Shown: positions 1 to 10,112 of the stretch, piece after piece
Layout of the letters: each line of letters opens with the position of its first letter
Numbering within the stretch: position 1 is the first letter of the stretch
Source: Parachlamydiales bacterium
Lineage (GTDB): Bacteria > Chlamydiota > Chlamydiia > Chlamydiales > Rhabdochlamydiaceae
Assembly: GCA_963705295.1 (NCBI GenBank)
Contig: OY970065.1
Location: 1,248,001 to 1,312,000 of the forward strand
DNA: 64,000 bases
Direction: 5' to 3'
Notes under the pieces: generated by a model
Told to the model about the DNA's origin: nothing
What the model saw: only the letters and a program-made list of their open reading frames with translations
Databases searched by the model: none
Program-made: the position numbers and the translations under genes

Positions 1-1780
1 CTTGAATATCGATGGCAGTGGGGTCAAAAAAGTTGCCGCTGATGTCGAGATCGGTGAGGGTCGTATTTTCTTTGAGGGCGGACATGAGACGGCGGAGGGA
101 TTTGGTTCCTAGTCCGGTATGGGATAGGTCGAGTTTTTGGAGGGTGGGGAGGTGGCAAAGGATTTCGATGTTGTCGGTAGCGAGGGGGCTTTTGGAGAGG
201 CCGAGTCTTTGGAGGGAGGTGTTGTATTTTAAGGCGGATAGGAGAAGTTCGACTTGGGTGGGGGTGAGGGGAGTGTTATTGAGGTTGAGGCTTTTGAATC
301 GATGCAGATGGGGGAGGAGTGGGTCAATCGTTTCGAGTCCTTCGGAGGCGTGGATAGAGAGGTCGTTGATTTTTGTGTAGTGGAGGAGGGTGGGAAGAAG
401 GATAGCGGTGACTTGTTTCTCCTTGGTGATGAGGGTAAAGCGGTTGAGAGTACTTGTAGGGCCATGCTCGCGGATGATTTGAGCGATGGAATTGGAAAGT
501 TTTGGATCGTTGCACTCAAGGGTCACGGCGGTGATGTAGTAACCGTCTTTGAATAGACGGTCCACGAGATCGAAAGAATCGGAAAGGTCGTCTAGCTTTA
601 GCTTGAGGTGAAAGTCGATCCCTTTCCGTTCGAAGGTGAGGTGGGGTCGTGCTTGATAAATATCACCCATAAAAAAACTGAAGTCACGGAGAATAGTATT
701 ATTTTTGCCAGATAAAATCCCGCCTCCTAAAAGAAGAAGAGCTGTTATGAGGGGTTTATCTTGGATATCTCGAGCAAAAAACAAAGCTGGAAGATCATCA
801 AAGAGAGCAGAATTTTCAACGATGATTTCAAGACACTCCACGCGGAGGGTCTCACATTCCCATAGGGTGAAAAACCGGTAGGCTTGCAAGATATTTTCAT
901 TTAAAAACGATCCATCGCCGGTTTCAAGGGTTTGGACAATCTCATAAAGCTGATCTGAATTGTAACCTTCGAAGACGACGGGGCCTTTCGACGCCGATAC
1001 GACGAGTTCTAAGATATGGCTATGCCGGGTCAATTTTTCGGGTGAAGAGACAATGAAGGGAAGAGAATCCGGCGAACGAATGATCAGAGGATTGAGTCCA
1101 AGATCGGCTTGATAAAAATCGAGTTTTTCTAGAGCATTGCAGAGATTTTCTCCTTTTTCTCGGACATCATCCGGGAGTTCTTCATCTTGGAGATACATGC
1201 GGAGCTCGGAGACTTTGCCAAATTCTTTCCAATTAGAAAACTCGAGCATTGCCTTATTTACATCTGTTACGACGGTTTTAAGCTGCCGCCTGCATTCTTC
1301 TTCTAAAAGAGGGAGCTCATTTTTTTTTGCAAAGGTGAGGATTTCGCGGAGATGTTTTTCAGGAATAGGTTCGTCTGCTTCGATAAACTCGGCAAGAGCA
1401 AAAAGAGCCTCTTGGCTGATTCCTTCAAAGATCATTCCTTTCTGGTTGGGAGGGAGATCTGCAAAAGGGCCTCCGTGTTTTGCGAGATTTTCACGGGAAA
1501 CGGCGAGGTATTGTCGGTCTTGATGGGTGGTCAAATATAAAGTTTTCGAAGGGCCATCTTCGAGCTGAAATTGCCGGGCGATCTCCCAAAAAGTGAACCC
1601 TGCAGACTCCCTGGGATTAGAAGAATATTGATGGGTAGTTCGATCTGGTTCTGTTAAAAGATTGAGACCTTGTAAGATTTGGTTCACGGCAAATGTCAAA
1701 TTACCATAATCCGGATCACTATCAAAATGATTGTGTAATTCTAAAGCAGCTCTATTTAATTGAAATATTAGTTGCGACAT
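1..1780 (-). CDS. BTB/POZ-like repeat + C-terminal RNI-type LRR protein, runs off the window start; paralog of 34906-37068
   Basis: Not in the ORF track; my translation from ATG at 1780 is open to base 1. Contains FEGISQEALFALAEF and FEGYNSDQLYEIVQTLETGDGSFLNENILQAYRFF (matches FEGFSSEALYEIAQALETGGCAFFGENILPAYLFF of the paralog), then LRRs such as LQRLGLSKS, LQKLDLSHT, LTDLDISGN. Confidence 0.8.
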   Translation of the reverse strand, partial: MSQLIFQLNRAALELHNHFDSDPDYGNLTFAVNQILQGLNLLTEPDRTTHQYSSNPRESAGFTFWEIARQFQLEDGPSKTLYLTTHQDRQYLAVSRENLAKHGGPFADLPPNQKGMIFEGISQEALFALAEFIEADEPIPEKHLREILTFAKKNELPLLEEECRRQLKTVVTDVNKAMLEFSNWKEFGKVSELRMYLQDEELPDDVREKGENLCNALEKLDFYQADLGLNPLIIRSPDSLPFIVSSPEKLTRHSHILELVVSASKGPVVFEGYNSDQLYEIVQTLETGDGSFLNENILQAYRFFTLWECETLRVECLEIIVENSALFDDLPALFFARDIQDKPLITALLLLGGGILSGKNNTILRDFSFFMGDIYQARPHLTFERKGIDFHLKLKLDDLSDSFDLVDRLFKDGYYITAVTLECNDPKLSNSIAQIIREHGPTSTLNRFTLITKEKQVTAILLPTLLHYTKINDLSIHASEGLETIDPLLPHLHRFKSLNLNNTPLTPTQVELLLSALKYNTSLQRLGLSKSPLATDNIEILCHLPTLQKLDLSHTGLGTKSLRRLMSALKENTTLTDLDISGNFFDPTAIDIQ

Positions 1781-1915
1781 AATAACAATTATAACAATTT
1801 ATTTTAATAAATTAAACTAAGTTGTATCTACTTTAGATTCAGGGAGTTGTTTTTGAATCCTTGAAAAAAAGGAAGGGAAAAACTATGATTTTGTGATTTA
1901 AATAAGGAAATTTTT

Positions 1916-2971
1916 ATGAACTATGCTGAGATTCAGAAAATTTTAGGAAAAAAGGGGGACGATCTTCTCTCCCATGTTTGCAAGACGGTGCCTAAAGAAA
2001 AACTCCATATTCCGGGGGGTGATTGGGTCGATCGGATCTTCGCTCAATCGGATCGAAATATCCCTGTTTTGCGGAGTTTGCAGGCTCTTTTCGGGCATGG
2101 TCGTCTAGGGGGAACAGGATATATGAACATTCTGCCGGTTGACCAGGGGATTGAGCACACGGCAGGGGCTTCCTTTGCACCGAACCCCGATTATTTCGAC
2201 CCCGAAAACATCGTTAAACTGGCGATCGAAGGGGGAACCAATGGAGTGGCTTCGACGCTGGGAGTTTTGGGGAGTGTGGCTCGCAAATATGCCCATAAAA
2301 TTCCGTTCATCATGAAGTTCAACCACAATGAGCTACTCACCTATCCAAATAAGCATGACCAGATCATTTTTGCCTCAGTGAAGCAAGCCTGGAATATGGG
2401 ATGTGTGGCCGTCGGTGCTACGATCTATTTTGGCTCGGCTGAGAGCGACCGGCAGCTGATCGAAGTCAGCAGGTGTTTTGAGATTGCCCACGAGCTCGGA
2501 ATGGCCACGATTCTCTGGTGTTATCTTCGCAATCCTGCATTCAAAACGGCAGACAAAGATTATCACGATGCCGCAGACCTCACCGGCCAAGCAAACCATC
2601 TCGGCTGCACCATCGAAGCCGATATCGTCAAACAAAAACTGCCCACCTGCAATGGGGGTTTTAAAGCGCTCAAATTTGGAAAACAAACCGAAAAGATGTA
2701 TACGACTCTTTGCACCGATCATCCCATCGATTTGGTTCGGTACCAAGTCATCAACGACTACATGGGCCGCATTGGTCTCATCAATTCCGGTGGACCTTCG
2801 GGTGAAAATGACCTGGCTGAAGCTATCGAAACAGCGGTTCTCAACAAGCGAGGCGGTGGTATGGGTCTGATTACAGGGCGGAAAGCGTTCCAACGGCCCA
2901 TGAAAGATGGCGTTGCGCTTCTCCATGCCATCCAGGACGTCTATCTTTGCAAAGAAGTTACGGTTGCTTAG
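1916..2971 (+). CDS. fbaB: class I fructose-bisphosphate aldolase
   Basis: [35 protein letters not shown] motifs; AAGGA Shine-Dalgarno upstream. Confidence 0.95.
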   Translation: MNYAEIQKILGKKGDDLLSHVCKTVPKEKLHIPGGDWVDRIFAQSDRNIPVLRSLQALFGHGRLGGTGYMNILPVDQGIEHTAGASFAPNPDYFDPENIVKLAIEGGTNGVASTLGVLGSVARKYAHKIPFIMKFNHNELLTYPNKHDQIIFASVKQAWNMGCVAVGATIYFGSAESDRQLIEVSRCFEIAHELGMATILWCYLRNPAFKTADKDYHDAADLTGQANHLGCTIEADIVKQKLPTCNGGFKALKFGKQTEKMYTTLCTDHPIDLVRYQVINDYMGRIGLINSGGPSGENDLAEAIETAVLNKRGGGMGLITGRKAFQRPMKDGVALLHAIQDVYLCKEVTVA

Positions 2972-4088
2972 GACGGAATCGCTTCTCAGCGACGATGGTG
3001 GTTCCTTCTCGGCCGATAACATAGACTTCACAAGTGGAACTGTGGTGTTTGCGAAAGTCGGCAGGTATCTCGGCTTCTGTGCTGTTTCCAACATAGAATG
3101 AGCCGCGGAGGAAATAGAGCATCGAGCCCTGGTGGGAGATAAAAACGGGAAGAGCTTTCGGATCGGTTTGATTCAGTTGTTCCTGGATGCCGGTATTCAT
3201 GCGGGCATAGATGTCAGCACCGGTCTCGGCCCGGCAAGAAGGGGCAAAAAACTTCTCTTTCTCAGGGAGCTTGCTATAAGCTTGGTAATCTGGATCGGTT
3301 TTCCTTTCACTGCGCGAGAGTTCATGGCTCGACGATTCGCGGATTCTTGGCTCAACGATGATTTCTGAGGTGGGGATTCCAAGGGTTTCTGCTATGATTA
3401 GCCCTGTTTCCTCCGATCTTTTGAGAGACGACACGACGATTTGGAGCCGGTCTTTTCCGAGTTCTTTTCTCAAATTATCGAGAGCAACAGCTGTGATTTT
3501 GGCTTGCTGTCGTCCTCGATCGGTAAGGCTAGGATTATCTCCTGATTGTTTATCGGCGTGTCGCATCAAGACAAAAAGTTGACGGACTATATGGAGAACA
3601 CGCCAGTAATGGTAGGCCTGATAAAGCCGTGCCACACCCATCAAACCGGTTGTGACAGTCTCGAGACTTTTCTTGTTTTTTGCTTTATAAACTCTGTAAA
3701 AGCAGAGCGCAGCTTGAACGACCAACGAAATAACAGTCAGTCGGAGGGTGTTTTTCCTTGAAAAAGGTAGAAACGTTAGAAGGTAGAGAGCAGTGGGAAC
3801 AACTTCCGAAAATTGATATCTATAGAGTTGATCACCGAGGTCCATGGCTGTCCGAAGAAAAAGGCCGTATTTTAGTTGGAAAACTGTTGCGCCGAATTCA
3901 ATTAAATTTTTGGCAACTTCTTTTCCTTGTAGGGCGTAAGCATGAGATGCTGCATTCCAGAGGGTTACAAACGATGAGATCGGCCGTCCAGCGGGCTCAT
4001 AGAGAGAAACAAGGGGTAAAACTCTGTTCCATGGGAGTTCCCAAACCCTTTGATAATAGTACGGTTTTTGAATTAAATCGAGAGTCAT
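2958..4088 (-). CDS. hydrophobic N-terminal domain fused to a histidine phosphatase (phosphoglycerate mutase-like) domain
   Basis: [28 protein letters not shown] motifs after about 165 aa of hydrophobic N-terminus. Confidence 0.75.
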   Translation of the reverse strand: MTLDLIQKPYYYQRVWELPWNRVLPLVSLYEPAGRPISSFVTLWNAASHAYALQGKEVAKNLIEFGATVFQLKYGLFLRTAMDLGDQLYRYQFSEVVPTALYLLTFLPFSRKNTLRLTVISLVVQAALCFYRVYKAKNKKSLETVTTGLMGVARLYQAYHYWRVLHIVRQLFVLMRHADKQSGDNPSLTDRGRQQAKITAVALDNLRKELGKDRLQIVVSSLKRSEETGLIIAETLGIPTSEIIVEPRIRESSSHELSRSERKTDPDYQAYSKLPEKEKFFAPSCRAETGADIYARMNTGIQEQLNQTDPKALPVFISHQGSMLYFLRGSFYVGNSTEAEIPADFRKHHSSTCEVYVIGREGTTIVAEKRFRPKQP

Positions 4089-4107
4089 AATTGGGGGTAA
4101 TTATAGC

Positions 4108-4764
4108 TCAGATTTGTGTTTTTAAACAATCTTTAATATCTGGAGGGATTTCGTCTAAAAATCCTTGGAGATGAGGTTTTTGTAGCCTTTGGCAAGCGAG
4201 CTGGTATTTTTGCTTCCACTCGAGAATAGTAGGGTGATTTGGATCGATTTTATCAGGCATTTCGTGATGAAAGCCGAAGCTGTGATAAAACGGGTAGGTG
4301 TACGTTTCTTTTAACCTATGTTCGAGGAGCCATGACATGACTTGATCATCAGGGATTTCTAAAAATTTTATAAAAAATAAGGTAATCTCACGGAACATAC
4401 CCAAAGTCTCCTCGGGGGATAAAAGCTTAAACATCGCAGGAGTTTCATCAATCGAATTCTCAAGCTTGAGTGTTTTTATTTTTCCCCAACATTGTTCAAA
4501 CAAATTTTTCCATGTTGTAACGATTTCATTCGAAATGATCCCTTTCAAGTTATCTAAAACTTGAAGGTGACGGCGAGAAAAAGGTCCCCAATCTAACTCG
4601 CTTTTCTTCAAGCAGTTGAGCCATCTCATTGCGGTTATTCGATGATTCGGTAAAGCGAGAAAAGCTTCATATATTTTTAAGGTCTCTCTTGAACATTCAT
4701 TGATAAAATCAATCATCGGATCTCGATATTTCTTAAACAATCGAGGATTCATCGAAATGGGCAA
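4108..4764 (-). CDS. hypothetical protein
   Basis: 218 aa ORF filling the gap between co-oriented genes; no recognisable motif; start uncertain. Confidence 0.6.
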   Translation of the reverse strand: MPISMNPRLFKKYRDPMIDFINECSRETLKIYEAFLALPNHRITAMRWLNCLKKSELDWGPFSRRHLQVLDNLKGIISNEIVTTWKNLFEQCWGKIKTLKLENSIDETPAMFKLLSPEETLGMFREITLFFIKFLEIPDDQVMSWLLEHRLKETYTYPFYHSFGFHHEMPDKIDPNHPTILEWKQKYQLACQRLQKPHLQGFLDEIPPDIKDCLKTQI

Positions 4765-4784
4765 AAAGTTGGGGAACGCTTTGC

Positions 4785-6584
4785 CTAAAATGTCTTGTAA
4801 CTGAGCGTCTGAAAATCCAGGGATCGGTCTCTGGAACGATCGGGTGGGGAGACCATCCAGGACTGTGCGAAACAGTAGACGAGCAAACTGGTGGCGTGAT
4901 GTTGAGAAGGAGGGAGTTCTCTCAAGTGTTTTTCTAATTGAAAGGTATGGAGATGATCGACGACTTTCTGATAAAAAGCCTGCAGCAATCTTAAATTCTC
5001 GGGTGTGAGATTTTTTCGATGGCCTTCTAGAGTGAGTTGATGGACAGCTTGAAATAAAATTCCCCGGTTTTGACGCAGATAGTCGAGAGAAGCTTCTTTT
5101 GTTTGCCTTAGGAGGAGACGCGTTAACTTTTGGATGAGTTCTCGTATTCGAGTGTTAATAAATTCGATCGATTCAGCAAGTGGAGCTTCTTCTTTTTGAT
5201 GAACTAAATCTAGATATTCGGTCATCTCAAAACGGTTTAATTTTTGAGCACAACTTTCATAAACAACAGCCCATTTCTTGAGGGAAGAATCGGTTAAGAA
5301 AAGAACGAGAGATTCTCTAAATTCTAATAGATATAAATTCAAATTGGAGCAAAATGCGAACAGTTTTCTGCACTCAGTCGGCCCAAACTTTTTTCGATCG
5401 AGACAGGCTTGCATCTTTTCTTTTGTGGTATTTTCATCGAGTTCCTGTAAAAATTCGAGGGTCTTATCGAATTCGGACCTGACGTGGATTAAAAACTCAA
5501 CTTCAGAAGTTAGGACAGCTTGCCTCTCAACAGCGGGAAGTGTCTTTGGAATTATACTGCGCCCGCTCAAGTTGTGTGAATTTGGACTGGCTGCGACTTT
5601 GCCAAATCGATCCTCCTCCTCGGCCTTCACTACTCGGGAATGGTCCTCGTCGTTCGGACCGCAAGCTTCGATTTGGCTTTGTCTCGCAGAGTCCAAATTC
5701 ACACAACTTGAGCGGGCGCAGTATAACAAATCTTCACCAAAACAATGTAAAAGAAGCCCCACTCCTCGAGGTTGACCAGCAGGAATGGAATAAAGCTGGC
5801 TCTGTAGTCCAACTTCATGGAGTTTTGTCACACATCTCTCATAGAAATAAGACAGCGATCTCTTATTTTCTTCATTGAGAATTTGTCCATTTCCTTTTAG
5901 TGCTAGAAGGTAGAGAGCATGGTAAAGGAAGCTTGGCTTTTCATTGATGAGCGCGCTGCAACCGTCTTTATCGGTTTTAAGCAAACTGCGGAGAAACTCG
6001 ATGATCTCGGGTGCCTTTTCATTGATAAAGTCACTGCGCGGTTCATCTTTATCAGATTTCTGAACACATGCCGATCTCAATCTCTGCCATCTTTGCACGG
6101 TTTCTGCAGGGACAATTTGGGTTAAAACATCGGATTGTTCTCTGAGGAATAATTCGAAGGTTGAAAGGAACATGCAGTGGTCACGGAGCTTTTCTTCGGA
6201 TCCTTGGAGAATTAATTGCTCAAAAAAATCGATCGATTGATCGACTTCCTTACGGATGTCGAGGTGGACCTGCTTTTCCAGAGGAGGAGGAGGCGTGATT
6301 TTTTTTTGTAGAAAGATGGCGGCATAGATTTCTTCAGAGCGTAGGGTCCAAAGTCTAGCAAAAATACCTGGAATTAAAAAAATAAGTGCAAGGGAAAAAT
6401 AGGTCGCAGTTTTAAGAGCTGACGCCTGCATCGGAGAAACCACTTTCCTGGCGCCGGTAGGGGCATGGACAACGATCGATCCTTTGAAATGTTGCAAATA
6501 AGAAAAGCAGTAATTTGCAAAATCATTCGCTCTATTAGGGACATTGAGAATAACTCGTGTAGTATAAAGCTTAGAATCTAACAT
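4785..6584 (-). CDS. hypothetical helical protein with N-terminal hydrophobic segment and two internal repeats; carries a 57 aa in-frame palindromic-element insert
   Basis: Repeats such as DFINEK...LYHALYLLALKG...LLLHCF vs EFINTR...LFQAVHQLTLEG...LLVYCF; insert at 5555-5725. Confidence 0.7.
   Translation of the reverse strand: MLDSKLYTTRVILNVPNRANDFANYCFSYLQHFKGSIVVHAPTGARKVVSPMQASALKTATYFSLALIFLIPGIFARLWTLRSEEIYAAIFLQKKITPPPPLEKQVHLDIRKEVDQSIDFFEQLILQGSEEKLRDHCMFLSTFELFLREQSDVLTQIVPAETVQRWQRLRSACVQKSDKDEPRSDFINEKAPEIIEFLRSLLKTDKDGCSALINEKPSFLYHALYLLALKGNGQILNEENKRSLSYFYERCVTKLHEVGLQSQLYSIPAGQPRGVGLLLHCFGEDLLYCARSSCVNLDSARQSQIEACGPNDEDHSRVVKAEEEDRFGKVAASPNSHNLSGRSIIPKTLPAVERQAVLTSEVEFLIHVRSEFDKTLEFLQELDENTTKEKMQACLDRKKFGPTECRKLFAFCSNLNLYLLEFRESLVLFLTDSSLKKWAVVYESCAQKLNRFEMTEYLDLVHQKEEAPLAESIEFINTRIRELIQKLTRLLLRQTKEASLDYLRQNRGILFQAVHQLTLEGHRKNLTPENLRLLQAFYQKVVDHLHTFQLEKHLRELPPSQHHATSLLVYCFAQSWMVSPPDRSRDRSLDFQTLSYKTF
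5555..5723. mobile_element. TA-flanked palindromic MITE-like element (type C), in-frame in 4785-6584
   Basis: Perfect 37 bp inverted repeat ttatactgcgcccgctcaagttgtgtgaatttggact (5552-5588 / 5690-5726); TA at 5553-54 and 5724-25; interior shares sequence with both type A and type B elements. Confidence 0.85.
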
Positions 6585-6631
6585 CGTATTAATAGTTTAA
6601 AAAGAATTAGAATTTTTTTATATGTCAAATA

Positions 6632-7465
6632 ATGATTCACATCCAAAGGATAGGCGGCCTCGGTGACGTGATTTGGGCGGAGCCCGTTGTCCGTCATTTC
6701 ATTGAAAGGGGCGAGGTTGTCCAGATGATCACCGATTTCTCAGAAATTTTTTTAAATTATCCGAGTCGTAACCTCATTATGAATGAAAAATTTCCGATGA
6801 ATCATTTGAGGAAGATCCACGCATCTGTAGAAAGGGGGGCTAGGTGGATTAATCTGGATGGGGCATATGAAAACCGTCCTACAAGACATATTTTGGAAGC
6901 TTACCGGCTAGAGGCTGGAATAAATATGGAACTAGGGCCTCCACAGATTCATCTGACGGTGGAGGAAAAGAAGCCTCTTTTTGACAATTATGTGGTTTTG
7001 CACATCGAAAAAAATCCGCTGAGTTTTCGGAATGTTCATGGGGTTGATTGGGGCAAAGTGATTCGATATTTGAAAGAAAGAAAAATGGAGGTGATTCAGA
7101 TTTCTGAAAAGGGTGATTGTATTCACGGCCGGTGGGTGAAAACCAAAACGATCCGGGAGATGATGTCGCTCATTTACAATGCGAAATGCTTTATTGGATT
7201 GGACTCAGGCCCGAGCCATATCGCTGCAGCGCTCGGTGTTCCTGCCATTTTGTTTTTCGGCTCGGTCAACCCCCAGCTCCGTCATGCGAAGGCTTTTAAA
7301 GGGGTTTTCCTGCAAGCCCCTTGCGAATATGCTCATTGTTACCACGAGGTTGTCGGTGACTCGGGCCAGCCGTGCAAATGGGGAAATGGGATTCCTAAGT
7401 GCACCATCCAAACATCAGATCGGGTGATTTCGGCGCTTGAAACGTTTATAAATCCACTTGGGTAG
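6632..7465 (+). CDS. glycosyltransferase family 9 (heptosyltransferase-like)
   Basis: GGLGDVIW and IGLDSGPSHIAAALGVPAILFFG motifs. Confidence 0.85.
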   Translation: MIHIQRIGGLGDVIWAEPVVRHFIERGEVVQMITDFSEIFLNYPSRNLIMNEKFPMNHLRKIHASVERGARWINLDGAYENRPTRHILEAYRLEAGINMELGPPQIHLTVEEKKPLFDNYVVLHIEKNPLSFRNVHGVDWGKVIRYLKERKMEVIQISEKGDCIHGRWVKTKTIREMMSLIYNAKCFIGLDSGPSHIAAALGVPAILFFGSVNPQLRHAKAFKGVFLQAPCEYAHCYHEVVGDSGQPCKWGNGIPKCTIQTSDRVISALETFINPLG

Positions 7466-8290
7466 ACGGATGAGATAACCGAGAGGGATGACTAAGTTGA
7501 GCCAGAGAAGATGGAGCGGGGAGAACCATTTGGCTGTATAGGTTTTAAAGCTTTTTGCCATTTGGAAATATTTCCACGTATTCGAGCGGAGGGCAAAGCT
7601 TCTCCCGAAGTGATCGACGCAGGCGACGAGGGGGACATAGTAGGTTTTATAGCCGAGCCTTTTCACTTCTTTGTAGAGATCGACGTCTTCAAAATAGATG
7701 AAGTAAGCCGGATCGAAGGCAAAGCCGAGTTTTTCAAGGATTTCTCTTCGGGTAAGCAAAAATGCACCGCGTGCGTGATCGATTTCTTGTATTTGGTTGT
7801 CATCAAAGTTAGGGTAAAGGATGTGGGTGTAATAGAGAACTTCATTGAACCTCTTTTGATTGAGAAAGAAAGGGAGAAATGGGAGAGGTGTGGGAAAACG
7901 GATCGGCTTTAGAGGAAGAGACGGTTCATAGTCGTGGTTTAAAAGTTTGCAGCCAGCAATCCCGACATCGGAATGCTTGTCCATCCAATCGATCATATCA
8001 TCGAGTCGTCCTTCATGGATCTGCAGATCGGGATTGAGAAAAAGAATATACCGGCCTTTAGCTTCTTTGAAGGCTTGGTTATTCGCCGCTGCAAAACCGA
8101 CATTTTTTTTATTTTTAATGAGCCGGACGTAGCTCGCATAGCTTTCAACGAGCTCAACTGTCCCATCGGTCGATCCATTATCGACAATCAGGTGCTCATA
8201 CTCACACAATGTATGGCCAACAACCGACATGATGCAGCTGTCGATATACTTAACGGATTGATAGGTAACCGTAATGATGCTAAGCTCCAC
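7415..8290 (-). CDS. glycosyltransferase family 2
   Basis: SIITVTY, IVDNGSTDGT, NVGFAAANN, LFLNPD, YFEDVDL. Confidence 0.9.
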   Translation of the reverse strand: MELSIITVTYQSVKYIDSCIMSVVGHTLCEYEHLIVDNGSTDGTVELVESYASYVRLIKNKKNVGFAAANNQAFKEAKGRYILFLNPDLQIHEGRLDDMIDWMDKHSDVGIAGCKLLNHDYEPSLPLKPIRFPTPLPFLPFFLNQKRFNEVLYYTHILYPNFDDNQIQEIDHARGAFLLTRREILEKLGFAFDPAYFIYFEDVDLYKEVKRLGYKTYYVPLVACVDHFGRSFALRSNTWKYFQMAKSFKTYTAKWFSPLHLLWLNLVIPLGYLIRLPKWIYKRFKRRNHPI

Positions 8291-9149
8291 GGAGGGCCCT
8301 CCATGAGTCTTTCATTCCCCACTCTTTAATCCTCAAAATAAAACCGATCGGGATCACGCAGTTGATCCAGAAAAGATGGAAAGGTGAGTGCCATTTCCGG
8401 ACATACTTTTTAAAACTTTTGCCCATTTGGAGATATTTCCAAGCCCGTGTCTGAAGATGGAAGCTCCGACATAAAAAATCGACACAGCTAACTAAGGGAA
8501 CATAATAGACTTTATACCCTCTTTTCTTGATTTCCCTGCAAAGGTCCAAGTCTTCAAAAAGGATAAAATAGCGCGGGTCAAAGGCGTACTCACCCAGAAT
8601 CTCCCGCTTTGTCAACATGAACGATCCCCGAACAATTTCTACTTCCTTAGCGGCCTCATCATCGAACGATTGATAAAAGAAAGCGGGATGGATCGAAACG
8701 AAAAACGATCGGAGTTTCAAAAAACCAAACAAATACGGGAGGAGGTGGGGATATTTCATCGGCCGCAATGATCCCGTCGGAATTTTGTCTTCATTCAAAA
8801 GACGGCAGCTCACGAGGCCCACATCGGGTCTTTGGTCCATCCACTCCATCAACTCTTCAATCCGGCCTTCCTCCAGCCGCATGTCTGGATTTAAAAACAA
8901 AATATATTTCCCTTTAGCCTGCTTCAAGGCCAGGTTATTTGCCGCCGCAAACCCGAGGTTTTCTCCATTTTTAATGAGCCGGACATAGCTTAAATACCCA
9001 TCCTCAATCAGTTCAACGGTCCCATCTGTCGACCCGTTATCGACAATCAAATGTTCATAATCACAAAAGGTATGCCCTACCACCGACATGATGCAACTAT
9101 CAATGTAATCTTTAGATTGGTAGGTCACCGTAATAATACTAAGGTCCAT
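8280..9149 (-). CDS. glycosyltransferase family 2, tandem paralog of 7415-8290
   Basis: Same GT2 motifs; N-terminal 90 aa closely similar to the neighbour. Confidence 0.9.
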   Translation of the reverse strand: MDLSIITVTYQSKDYIDSCIMSVVGHTFCDYEHLIVDNGSTDGTVELIEDGYLSYVRLIKNGENLGFAAANNLALKQAKGKYILFLNPDMRLEEGRIEELMEWMDQRPDVGLVSCRLLNEDKIPTGSLRPMKYPHLLPYLFGFLKLRSFFVSIHPAFFYQSFDDEAAKEVEIVRGSFMLTKREILGEYAFDPRYFILFEDLDLCREIKKRGYKVYYVPLVSCVDFLCRSFHLQTRAWKYLQMGKSFKKYVRKWHSPFHLFWINCVIPIGFILRIKEWGMKDSWRALRGA

Positions 9150-9193
9150 TCTATAGTTCGTAGTGGTTTTTTTATTAAATTTCTATGAAAATA

Positions 9194-9373
9194 TTAACCC
9201 GACACGCAAAAAAGAGACAAGATGCGTAAGCGAACCCCTGTCAGATCGAAGCGTCAGCGGTCCGACCGACGAGGATCATAGCCGTTAGGCTAGGCCGAGG
9301 AGGAGGATCGATCTGCCCCTATCTGACAGGGGGTGCAGCCAGCAGGTTGTCTCTTTTTTGCGTGGAGGGTTAA
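9194..9373. mobile_element. TA-flanked palindromic MITE-like element (type A), intergenic
   Basis: Arms ttaacccgacacgcaaaaaagagacaa / ttgtctcttttttgcgtggagggttaa; TA at 9192-93 and 9374-75; inverted near-copy at 60545-60712. Confidence 0.9.
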
Positions 9374-9380
9374 TAGAATT

Positions 9381-10112
9381 ATGCAAGGTGTTTTAGTTGG
9401 CTTGAACTGCGAGCAAGAATGGCTGCTCGCTTGGTTTTACACCCATTTTAGGAACTTTAATCCGGAACTTCCCATCGCCTTTGCCGACTTTGGAATGTCC
9501 AAGGAGGCAAGAGAGTGGTGCCTCGAGAGAGGGGATGTCTTTGATGTTCCTGAATTAGCCGGGCCTAAGCCAGCGAATTTTCTTTTTCAGGGAGACCAGT
9601 GGAAAGAGTGGAAGCTCGATACATTCACTTGGACAGCCGATCGGTGGCTTTGCTTTAGAAAACCGCTCGCCATTGCACTTTCTCCCTTCGAAAAAACTCT
9701 CTGGCTCGATCTCGATTGCCAGATTAGGGCATCTCTTGAGCCTCTTTTTTCCCTCCCTCTATCTTCGACCAAATTCGGAGCGACGCCGTGCGGATCTTAC
9801 TTTTATGCCCACAATCTCTCCAAAGATCTCGTCTACCTCATCGATAAATACCATACCGGAGTCGTGCTCACAGAAAAAAGTTCGCCCCTCCTCCACCAGT
9901 GGACCGACTCGATCACCTCGGACCCATCCTTCCGCACCGAAGAGGGCCCCCTTTCCTTTCTAGCTGCAAAAAACAACCTCCCCATCACCGAAATCTCCCG
10001 CCTCTACAACTGGTCCGTCTTTACCTGGGGCGAAAACAACGATGCCGCGATTTACCACTGGCTCGGCAAGGAAGCGAAAGAATATCTCAGAAGACTAATT
10101 ATCAATACCTAG
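9381..10112 (+). CDS. GT-A fold glycosyltransferase-like protein
   Basis: ADFGMS, KPLAI, WLDLDC (DxD), TGVV, YNW, YHW motifs; ATG 9381 preferred because the track start at 9333 lies inside the mobile element. Confidence 0.65.
   Translation: MQGVLVGLNCEQEWLLAWFYTHFRNFNPELPIAFADFGMSKEAREWCLERGDVFDVPELAGPKPANFLFQGDQWKEWKLDTFTWTADRWLCFRKPLAIALSPFEKTLWLDLDCQIRASLEPLFSLPLSSTKFGATPCGSYFYAHNLSKDLVYLIDKYHTGVVLTEKSSPLLHQWTDSITSDPSFRTEEGPLSFLAAKNNLPITEISRLYNWSVFTWGENNDAAIYHWLGKEAKEYLRRLIINT

Noticed and set aside
12..556. Short ORFs listed at the window start
   Set aside because: Explained as shadows of the long minus-strand BTB/LRR frame running from 1780 to the edge
2375..3094. 239 aa minus-strand ORF
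   Set aside because: Antisense to the well-conserved fbaB; no motifs
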